A stretch of 48,313 bases of DNA, filler included, from Jimgerdemannia flammicorona (taxonomy: Eukaryota): the NCBI GenBank assembly GCA_003990765.1. It is 2 parts of 2 records of this genome, joined end to end, with 100 filler letters (N's around TTAATTAATTAA, not from the genome) between each part and the next. Parts side by side here need not be neighbours in the genome. Positions count along the whole stretch, not along the records: positions 24,213 to 48,313 come from RBNJ01001021.1; 1 more part is not named here. One strand, written 5' to 3'. The notes beneath the pieces are model-generated. The model ran no database searches. It worked only from the letters and a program-made list of their open reading frames with translations, and was not told where the DNA came from. Positions 36,401-48,313 of the stretch are shown here, one piece after another. The translations under genes and the position numbers were made by a program. Positions within the stretch are counted from its first letter, which is position 1. Every line of letters starts with the position of its first letter.

Positions 36401-38352
36401 AGGGCGCGTGCCCCCTCCTTGCCAATCTCATTCTCTTAAAACAACAGGGAATGAGCGAACACGCACTGATCGTTAGTTTGATTCCACCACACAATGCTTC
36501 ATACAATTCCGACATACCAGAGAGATTCAGCTCCGTCAATGTCGTGTTCTGCTTCAGAGAGACGGCCAGGGCGCATGCCCCCTCCTCGCCAATATTATTC
36601 TCTTTAAAACGAACAGGGGATGAGCGAACACGCACTGATCGTTAGTTTAATTCCATCATGCACCGTACACAATGCTTCACACGGTTCTGACATACCAGAG
36701 AGATTCAGCTTGGCCAAGGTCGTGTTCTGCTTCAGAGACTCAGCTAGGGCGAGTATCATCTCTTCGACAATGTGATTCCCTTTAAAACGAGCAGGAAATG
36801 AGCGAACACGCACTGATCGTTAGTTTGATTCCATCACGCAGCCACACACAATACTTCACACAGTCCCGACATACAAGAAAGGTTCAACTCAGTCAAGGCC
36901 GTGTTCTGCTTCAAAGATTCGGCTAGGGCGAGTACCCCCTCCTTGTTAATGTTATTCACTTTAAAATGAACAGGGGATGAGCGAACACGCACTGAATCGT
37001 TGGTTTGATTCCATTATGCAGTCACACACAATGCTTCACATAGTTCCGACATACCTCTGAGATTCAGCTCGGTCAAGGTCGTGTTCTGCTTCAGAGACTC
37101 GGCTAGGGCGCATGCCCCCTCATCTTTAATATTATTCCCTTAAAACGAACAGGGAATGAGCGAACACGCAATGATCGTTAGTTTGATTCCATCACGTAGC
37201 CGTACACAATGTTTCACACAGTTCCGACATACCAGAGAGATTCAGCTCGGTCAATGTCATGTTCTGCTTCAGAGATTCGGCTAGGGCGCGTGCCCCCTCC
37301 TCGCCAATGTTATTATCTTTAAAATGAACAGGGGATGACCAAACACAAACTGATCGTTAGCTCAATTCTACCATGCAGCCGCACACAATGCTTCACACAG
37401 TTGCAACAAACATTCGAGATTCAACTTGGTCAAGGTGGTGTTCTGCTTCAGAACCACGGCTAGGGCACGTCCTCCCTCCTCACCAATGCTGTTCACTTTA
37501 AAACGAACAAGGGATAAGCGAAGTTAGCTTGATTTTACCATGCAGCCGCACACTATGCTTCACACAATCTTGACATACAGCAGAAACTCAGCTCGGTCAA
37601 GGTCGTGTTCTGCTTCAGAGATTCGGCTAGGGCACATCCCCCCTCCTTGCCAATTTCATTCGCTTTAAAACGAACAGGGGATAGTGAACACGCACAGATC
37701 GTTAGTTTGATTTCACCGTGCAGCCGCGCGCAATGATTCATACAGTTTCGACAAACCTTCGATATTCAGCTCGGTCAAGGTCGTGTTCTGCTTCAGAGAC
37801 TCGGCTAGGGAGTGTGCCCCCTCCTCGCCAATATCATTGTCTTTAAAACGAACAGGGGGTGAGCGAACACGCACTGATCATTAGTTTGATTTCATCACGC
37901 AGCCGTATACAATGCTTCCAGTTCCGACATACGTCTGAGATTTAGCTGGGTCAAGGCCGTGTTCTGCTTCAGAGACTCGGCTAGGGCGCGTGCTCCCTCC
38001 TCGCCAATATTATTCGCTTTAAAATGAACAGGGGATGAGCGAAAGCGCACAGAACATTAGCTTCGACGCTTCACACAGTTCCGACATACATCTGAGATTC
38101 AGCTTGGTCAAAGTCGTGTTCCGCTTCAGAGACTCGGCTAGGGTGCGTGCCCCCTCCTTGCCAATACTATTCACTTTAAAATGAACAGGGGATGAGCGAA
38201 CACACACAGAATATTAGCTTGATTCCATCATGCAGCCACACACAATGTTTCAGACAGTTCCGACATACCAGAGAGATTCAGCTCGGTCAAGGTCATGTTC
38301 TGCTTCAGAGATATGGCTAGGGCGCGTGTTCCATTCTCGCCAATCTTATTAC
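33447..38352 (-). repeat. Tandem array of 29 exon+intron units (155-180 bp period)
   Basis: Each unit is an 84-nt LRR exon plus a homologous 71-96-nt intron (GTATGTCGGAACTGTGTGAAGCATTGTGTG...CTAAC...CCTGTTCATTTTAAAG). Confidence 0.97.
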
Positions 38353-40682
38353 CTTTAAAACAAAGAGGATATGAACAAACACACACAGGTTGTTAGCTTG
38401 ATTCCATCACGCAGCCACACACAATGCTTCACACAGATCTAACATACTAGAGAGATTCAGCTCCGTTAAGGTCTTGTTCTGCGTCAGAGACTCGGCAAAG
38501 ATTCCGGCCTCCTCGTCGTCAAAGTCGTTCTCTGAAGTTGAACAGTGAATGAGGAACGCGCGCATATTGCTGAGCATGATTCTATCAGACAGCTCTGACA
38601 TACCACTAATATTCAGTTTCGTCAAGGTCCTGTTCTGCTTCAGATACTCAGCTAATGTACGCGTGAACAGAATTCCAATGCCGTTTTCTGATATAATCAT
38701 CAAAAAAAAAAAAAAAAAAAAAAAAAAAGTGAGCATAGCAAGAGAATACACCCGCTCCAACGTACCAGCCTCAAACAATATTTGATAGAAATGTTGGCGC
38801 ACTGGTGAGATCGAGCTTGATCACGTTTGTGTTATGCTCCAGAAATTGAACGAGAATGCTCGCTTCTCTATCGTTAATGTTCCATCCTGAACATGACAGG
38901 AGATCAGTAGATAGAAATATATAACAATCTTAATTTCCTATCAACAATAGTTTACATATTTCTGGCATACCAAATAGATTCAGCTCATGCGAGGTCGTGT
39001 ACTGCTCGAGACGTTCGGCTAGAATGCCTGCCCCTCCGCCGCCGGCTGTATTTTCTTAAGATAAATGGAGAGTGATTAGTTTCGACCAAATTATTGGATG
39101 GTACGGCTGCAAAACAATGGTTCGCACAATTCTGACATACGGGTTGTGTTCTGTTGCTGAGGTTCAGCGAAGTCGCTGGGCTCACCCAAGCCGGCGCTTA
39201 TCTCTGAGTGATTAGAAACTATAAACTGGTAAGCAATTGTGGTAGGCCAACCCTGCAGTTGTATCCCTCATCGGCGGAAAATGTGAATACTGAACCATGT
39301 AACCATATCGCTACGCACCTGAATTTGGCTGACGACTAAGACTTTCAAGCACCGCTCGCGAGTGATGTTCTGTAATTTTCTGGAGACGTTCGCTTGTGTA
39401 GAATTTGCTTCCGCCATGGAAGGCGCTCACTCCATCGAATAATTCGAAATCGTCGTTGGTACTGCTATCTTCCAGCTCCTGCTGATGTATGACCCGTCGA
39501 TTATCAATGAACGATTGCGTCTCCGGCGAAAATGGTACCCTCGCCATTGCAAGTGCTTTTAAAACTTGACTTTCCGCGTTTTGTGGCAAGGAAGGAGGAA
39601 TGTAGGCTAAACCAGCTGCACATTCGATCAAATGATCGTAGACTTCACGGGCGCTCGGTCGCCGGTTAGGGTCGAGGTGCCAGCAACTCCGAATGATATC
39701 ATTGTATGCTGTGGGCGCACCAGGGATCAGCTCCTCGCGAAGGCCATCTGGTCCCCTGGCGACAGCATACATTGCGTCGCCATGGGGTGGGACGCCGACG
39801 ACAAGCTGCCACAGCAGAGTTCCCAAGCAGTACACGTCCGATTTCTGTGTATACGGCTTGTTCTCGAACATCTCTGGAGGGAGGTATTCAAGCCGGCCAT
39901 AGACGCCTTCTTCGGGATTTTCTTGTTCTACAGAACGGCTAAGTCCAACATCGATCAAGAGTGTGGTGTGTGACTTGTGGAATACTACGTTGCCTGCGTG
40001 GAGATCCTGATGGCAGAAGCCCATATCGTGAAGACTGGCCAAGCGGCTGGCAAGTTTTATGGCATATGTCAAAGCGGTGTACCAATTACCATCTTGTTCG
40101 CAAGGCTGCTTTTCGAGAGTGCCAATGTCAGCCAATTGCATGATCATCAGATACTCTTTGGTAATGGGGTGTTTTGACAAAGCAACAATTTTCATCGTAG
40201 GGGGATTGCTGGTGTCATTTCCGCAGTAACTCAAATAAATATTCAGGACTAACTGTGTCGGTGGGATAAAGAAACAGCAAATTTACTGGAAATGTAAGTT
40301 TCCTGGAAAATAATTGTATGTATATACACCAACGAGAACTCACTTCTTCGGCCATTGACAATTTCAATTCTTTAGCGGCCACCTTGTAAGTAGTGTTAGA
40401 TACCGAAACGTCTGCCCGGTAAACTTTTGCAAACCCGCCTTGGGCAAGCAGCTCCAAGGGTTTGAGTTCCCAGGGCTGAAGCCAGGTAAGGTATGGCTCC
40501 AGCGGTGACACACCCAAGGCGACGAGGCAGGCACGAAGTTGCAGGCTTTCATTCAATTGATTGTTGAATTTTTGGGAATTTCGATTCTTCCATACCAAGA
40601 TTTCTGTTTGGTGGGCTCTGTTTAGTTGGTCCCAGGGCTTGATTCGGCCCAGCAAGTCGTTCGGGCGGGTTGTGGCGGACAT
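33456..40682 (-). CDS. TKL-like protein kinase fused to ~33 RI-type leucine-rich repeats (36 predicted exons, ~1361 aa)
   Basis: Exons 40682-40344, 40252-39319 and 39203(or 39218)-39141. Then 84-nt exons starting at 39054, 38886, 38687, 38531, 38352, 38173, 38016, 37840, 37662, 37495, 37316, 37138, 36958, 36779, 36601, 36434, 36255, 36078, 35923, 35754, 35575, 35398, 35219, 35041, 34869, 34707, 34528, 34352, 34190, 34034 and 33865. Then a 78-nt exon 33696-33619 and a last exon from 33523 to TGA at 33458-33456. All introns are GT-AG and the frame is open throughout. Kinase motifs: QGGFAKV, VAAK, HQDLHAGN, DVG, YLPPE, SDVY, CW..DP..RP. LRR consensus: NNIGEEGARALAESLKQNTTLTELNLSx. Confidence 0.85.
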
Positions 40683-43149
40683 GATGTTTGATTTCTGAGC
40701 GATTACTTTCTTTCTGTGATTTTATGTGGCGATCAAATCACATGCAGACCTCAGCCTCAATCTCCTGACGTTCTTTCTTGAGTAATCACGTTCTCCTGAC
40801 GAGCTGAGGCATTTTAGGATGGCCAAATCGAGATCGCGAGTGTTAGACGCACATCGTTTATTATTAGGACAATGTCCTTTGGGGATTGGGTATACCACGC
40901 GAAAATCATATTAACATCCTTGTTTGTTTCTTCTCATACTCGAGGACCGCACAAAACCGCCGACCACCGAAAATGCTAACTGGCTCACCATCCTGGACAG
41001 CACCCGAACTACAATCAGCACAACAACCCGCTAAAATTTCCGACGCCAAAGACCCCAATTCCGACGTTTGGCCGATGGATCATCCGTCGATGGGTAATGA
41101 GGCGGCTTGCAGGTGGGGTCGAGCCGGGTCGGTCGCTAGGAGCCGGTTTTGTTCGCGAGATGTCGATCCTCTCCAAGGGTCCTACGGCTGCTGTTGTGCG
41201 ACATTACCCGTTTATTAGGAAAACGATTTACTGGCCATAAGTCCTACATAATTATATAATAGTATTGCAGTAAACCTTCCTTCGCTCCGCCAAAGATCAC
41301 GATTGCCTCGTGTATAATGTCCCTTGGTTGTTGCCCGAGCGTGATCATCAATCACGTTCGGACATTACCCATCTTTAAGCAAGACATTCGGACATTACCC
41401 ATCTTTAGCATTGGGAATGGTCACGTGGGGTTCTGCACGTAACGCGGCAACTCTTACATATTTCATAGTATTAATTAGGGAAACTTGTATAAGTGGATGT
41501 TTGCTGATGGTGTGTATCGTCTTGTGCACAGAACGAGTCGTGGCGTAACCACGTGATCACGCGCATCGAAGGTTTTCTCCCGAATAAAGGCAAATATTGG
41601 TATATATACACTACGAATTAGATTCCAACAAGACGGATTGGCTCCAACAGGCCGATAAAAGCAAAAATCCTGAAATGTCCGGTCAGGCGATCAAATTAGG
41701 TTTTGCCGAGTCGTTCGAAATACTATCTGCACCCCTCACATCCAACCAGTACTCCAAGATATCTGGATTAGACATGCAGTCCTCCGTGGCAGATGATGAA
41801 AATAAAAACACCATCCTCATATTTATTATTAAAAAAAAAATGGACAACCAGTGATAACATTGTTTCAACCGTGACGCAGTCCATCTGTGACCTCTTCTGG
41901 TAACACCCTACTACTATCCAATGCTTACCTATCTCGGCGCCTCTGGCCTCGAATCACATCCTTGAACGCTGTCAGTGACCGCGAACACTGCGGTACAATG
42001 CTCGCGGATAGGACTTGTGAAAGTGGAAATCTCGGAGAATATTTCAGGTCAACGATCAATGCGTTTAGCTCCTCGTACCACCACATTCCTGCTGCTTTGT
42101 ACTCCCTCTTCGAATCGCGCTGCGCTTGAGCTTCAGCACGTAAGCAGCGCCACAGTGCGAAAATTGGCTAGTTCATGGTTGCGTGAAGTGGGTCATTTTT
42201 GAGTCCGAGGACCATGCCGATTGCCCGCCGTTCGTATTAATCATTTGTCACTACAGCAGAGTCTTTAGAGCGGAGAAAATGGAATCCCAGCAAAGGAATC
42301 TTAACGGAAGGGGTCTCATTGATGGGGCCACCATATGATGATTTCCAAACCTCTGCCCTAATTTGCGTTTGCTTTCGTCATAATGTTTCAGACCTGACGT
42401 AATTTAACCGCCCTCTGCCTCATTCTCTCTTATTGTTTTCCCACATCTTAACAGACTCGGTCGACAAACGTTGGATATGGTTTCTCTTGTGAATTACAAT
42501 TAAGCGTGTACTTGGCGTGGTGTGAAGTTTCCTTTTACGAGGCGCGAGTGCGCCTGTCTTGGTTGCCCCTTGAGCAAGGGCGAAACCGGTCTAGGTCATA
42601 GTTACACTAGTTACACTCCATAGCTTTGTATCTGTAATATATACGATTTTTTAAAAATATAAAATATTGAAAGCAACCCAAGGGGAAAAGAGATTGTTAC
42701 GTCGTCCTGAACGTGTCACGCAACTCTGTCACGCTTCCAACCTAATGCACCTATTCTCCGAGCTCTCCACACACCCGTGCCACCGCATCACACACACGGA
42801 CTCGCCAGGGATCGAGGTACCTTACGACCGCAATGATTGGCCGCAACTGCCAATCCGGACTGCGCCAGAACGTGAGGTACGACATTGCCGAGGTACGTGC
42901 GGGACACGGTAGGGGTGGACGGGAGTCGTATGCTTTTGAGGGGGAGGTACATCGAAGTGGAGCGTTGTTCCCTGTTCGGCCGTTGGAAAAGTAGGTGGGT
43001 TTACCAGGTGGCCGAAGTTGAGGCTTGGCATGTATAGGTGGCCTCCCCGCCACTCCTGCCATTCCAGCACACCGCACTCACCCCCCCTTTACAGAATAAC
43101 GAATCCAATAGCTACCCTGTCTACTACGGTTATCAGCCTCGGCCAGCTG

Positions 43150-43452
43150 TATGCCATGCTATGAACAAGAGGCACCTCGAGGTTGTGAACTTGCTCTTGG
43201 CCAACTCCAAAGCGGACGCCAACGTCAGGCAAAAAGAAGAATTACGCCGCTTCTCTTCGGGCATGTTGATATTGTGAGGTTACTCTTGGCCGACTCCAGG
43301 GCGGCCGAAAAAGGATGGATGGACGGCGCTTCACTTGGTTGCGCAGAATGGGCACGTCAAGGTTGTGAGGTTTTTGGCCGATTCCAAGGCGGACGCCAAC
43401 GCCAAGACAAAAGAAAAGGAGCGACTTCGCTGCGCAGAACGGGCACGTTGAT
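43150..43452 (+). pseudogene. Ankyrin-repeat fragment, frameshifted
   Basis: HAMNKRHLEVVNLLLANSKADAN / GHVDIVRLLLADS / WTALHLVAQNGHVKVVRFLADSKADANAK / AQNGH, in shifting frames. Confidence 0.8.
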
Positions 43453-43588
43453 CATCAAAAATTTATTGTATAAATGAATATACTAAACTAATTATTATCA
43501 GGCGACCTCGGAAGCGTGGAGGTTGTGCGAAGGGGATAATGAATGATAACTCTCTCTCCCAACTTCGTTGTGCCACAGGCGTACATGA

Positions 43589-45751
<2,163 letters not shown>

Positions 45752-46795
45752 TGCAAGAGAGGGAATGGGTGGCTTGGTGATCCTGTCACATGTTAAATTT
45801 CTCAAACATACACTATACTTAAATGGACAATATGGGCTGTTCTCACCTTAAATCTGTAGACTTAGTCTCAAACGGGTAAGGCGACGACGGGGACCTCTGT
45901 CGCGTCCACCCCCCCTGGATACGGCGGATCGATCCCTCATCCGCTCCCTAGTACCACAGTAAGCACTTAAGTGCCCACATCGGGAGAACTACTGGCCTGA
46001 GATCAAGCGTCCATCCCAAGGCACACAAAAATGAAAATGAACGAGCGATACCGTATATCACCAAGCGTCGAGCCTCTCGGATATCATATGGCAAGAAGTC
46101 GGACGGCAAGTTGTAGGGAATCAAGCACGGAACACACATTCACGGGTTGCGGGTAAAGCCTGACAGAAAAAACCAAATGGCCGTTTATGCGGGAATACGT
46201 ACCTGTCGTGTGGAAGGTGTTCGTTGAATCAATTGCCCCAGCCCGTCGAAGTGATAGAATCCACGTATCATATTTAACGGATGGAACATTCTTGGGGCAA
46301 CCGTCATTCTCGTCCTTCTATGCTAAACCAACCGCGGACGCAGTGCTCGATTTCCCAGGGGCCATGGTGAACCCACGCAACGAAAGGCAGTCGCCGGAAC
46401 AAAGAGGCTTGCGCCGTGGGATCGGAATGGCCTCCAAACGTTACGCCGGGTTTCGCGTTCCCGAAGTTCTGTTTTAAACGCATATTTGTATGTTCGGTCC
46501 CGTCACAAATAATGCCACAATGTGCAACGAGGGGGGCCGAGACACGTCGGGGGGTGGGATAAACCGTCTCACGGATGGGCCTTTTTGACGGCGATGGCGG
46601 CCACTTTTAAAATGTTAAAATGTTAAAATGTTACCTCTGGTGGCTTAGTATGACTCAAAAACAGGAAGTAACTTCAATTGTGTCCCTTGTTGTGTGGGGC
46701 CGGACCCTTGATTTCCAGTCACTGGAAAAGGCCAATGTTTGTTTCACACACGGTTTCTTCCGTGCTCAGCCTCTACGACCAAACACTCCACCGCC

Positions 46796-46803
46796 TATAA
46801 AAA
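46796..46803 (+). promoter_or_regulatory. TATA box of the CipC-like gene
   Basis: TATAAAAA ~90 bp upstream of ATG 46888, followed by a C/A-rich leader. Confidence 0.6.
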
Positions 46804-46887
46804 CCCCGTCGGATCGTAACCCCAACAACCCAACAACCTCATCTACCTCTACTTTCTTACTCCGTACTACACAAGAACCTCTCAATC

Positions 46888-47291
46888 ATGTCTCATGTGT
46901 CTCAAGAATCTCATGATCAGGTCTTTGGCACAGAAGCCCACCAAGTGATTATCCCCCGTAACTTTTTCACACTTATGATTATGATGATTCTCAAAATCTA
47001 AAGCTAATTCAACAACCTTCATTCCTTCCTCCATAGCACAAGGCCAAATGGTCTCACGAGCTGATTGGTGGTGCCGCCGCTTTCGAGGCCATGAAGGCGT
47101 ATGAGGACCACCAGGCGAAAAACGGCAAGCCCGACGACCATGCCCTGGCCAAGGAAATCTTTGCCGGTTTGGCTGGTGCCGCCATCGACCGTCTTGTCGA
47201 AACCAAGGGCCTCGACGCCATCGAAGCTGCTAAGGCCAAGCACCACGCCAAGAAGCAGACTGATAGCATCTACAACGAGAAGTTCGCGTAA
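46888..47291 (+). CDS. cipC: CipC-like (DUF3759) small protein, 2 exons, 103 aa
   Basis: Exons 46888-46944 and 47037-47291. HKAKWSHELIGGAAAFEAMKAYEDHQAKNGKP..HALAKEIFAGLAGAAIDRLVETKGLD is the family signature. Confidence 0.88.
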
Positions 47292-48313
47292 CTGGTCGTT
47301 GGATCGCAAAGAATCAATCTATCCATATTGTATATTACACATTCACGCTATGTCAATGAAACGAGCTCCGTTCAATTGCTACCTGTCTACTTGATACTCT
47401 CTTGTGATTAGAGACTTGGTATGGTGATATGAAATGGTGGATGATCGAGAGTCACGTCGGGTTACTGGGATGGCGATATCAAAGGAGAATATAAAACGCT
47501 ATCATGAAGCCAGTGCACTACTATTGAAACCCACTTGAATTTCATGTGTATGTCGCTCTACCACCATAGAATTATTGTGCCAAAGGCGTTTGGTTGAATC
47601 GAGCTAATCTAGATAAGCAAAATCGCTCTTTGTTGCATCTACGTTATTCTACGTCATCAAAAAAAGGGCTTGCACTCAGGATGTCGGCTCTATTCAATGG
47701 GCTCTTCGGAGATGCCGGTGCACGAGCCGAAGGCAAATTGAGGGGATATAATTACACATGCACATGTACATCTGGTCATATACTGATCGTCATAGTTGGC
47801 TTTACCAACAGGCCTCATTTTACGAAGGCACCTTCTTCTTTTCCTATTCTGATTGACTTTTTTACACCCTTTTCTCTTTTGGGAACCTCGTGTACGGGTA
47901 AGTGCATGTGGTGATGGGGACTTGCATTCAAGGTGGGTCTTATATTTAACGAGTTTACGGTAGTCGGAGAAGATGAAGGTGTAATTCGGGGAAGAGGTGT
48001 GGCCTTCCAACACCATAACATATTGCCCCGATTACAATCGCGCAAGCCGATTGTCCATGTGTGCGTTGAAAATCAATGATATCAATGGCGCATTTGAGCA
48101 ATCAGTTATTACGCATGAAAAATATGACCATCACCTCATTGGGTGATCGCCACAACAAAGATGTTCACTGGGAAAGATGGAGCCAAATAAATATAGTTTC
48201 TTTGTGCTCATGTATGAGGGATCGATGACGAATCCTACCTCGAGAAAAACTTGTTTGCATTTTTTTTTTTTTTAAACATGCAGCAGTTGTCAATAGCTGA
48301 GACAAACTTTGGA

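Noticed and set aside
33447..38352. Regular repeat/spacer-like pattern suggesting a CRISPR array or satellite
   Set aside because: Both parts of each unit are homologous between units, have GT-AG/branch signals and splice into an open LRR frame. No cas genes, and the context is eukaryotic.
39632..40177. Plus-strand ORFs overlapping the kinase (also 34638-34964 and 47019-47309)
   Set aside because: Antisense shadows of real coding exons.
39311..40234. Stand-alone 307-aa kinase as given by the ORF track
   Set aside because: It lacks the N-lobe (supplied by exon 40682-40344), and a good donor just before the stop links it in frame to the LRR exons. A short intron-retaining isoform cannot be excluded.
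41357..41407. 21-bp direct repeat TTCGGACATTACCCATCTTTA x2
   Set aside because: Only two copies plus a partial at ~41200; no TIR/TSD structure or function could be assigned.
47594..48313. Short ORFs at the right end, possibly the 3' end of a minus-strand gene
   Set aside because: No recognisable domain or consistent exon model within the window.

Overview
Eukaryotic, intron-rich DNA, most likely from an early-diverging fungus (Mucoromycota-like; inferred from the HxDLHxGN kinase, short GT-AG introns with CTAAC branch sites, and CipC/PhyH genes). Bases 1 to ~33.3 kb are nested, mostly CpG-depleted transposon relics. They include two families of dUTPase-carrying Ty3/Gypsy LTR elements, hAT transposase remnants and hAT-type MITEs, an L1/Tx1-like LINE, and a second poly(A)-tailed insertion. 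An artificial 100-bp gap linker at 24113-24212 splits this block. Bases ~33.3-48.3 kb are CpG-rich gene space. The main feature there is a minus-strand gene (40682 to 33456, 36 predicted exons, ~1361 aa) that the ORF track fragments: a non-RD TKL-like kinase followed by 33 LRR exons. Of these, 31 are exactly 84 nt (one 28-aa RI-type LRR each, phase 1-1), and 29 lie in a homogenised tandem exon+intron array whose variation concentrates at the splice-junction, solvent-exposed residues. This looks like a candidate diversifying immune or non-self receptor kinase. Also present are an ankyrin pseudogene, a 10-exon PhyH/PHYHD1-like dioxygenase and a CipC-like gene. All exon models and alignments were made by eye, without RNA evidence.
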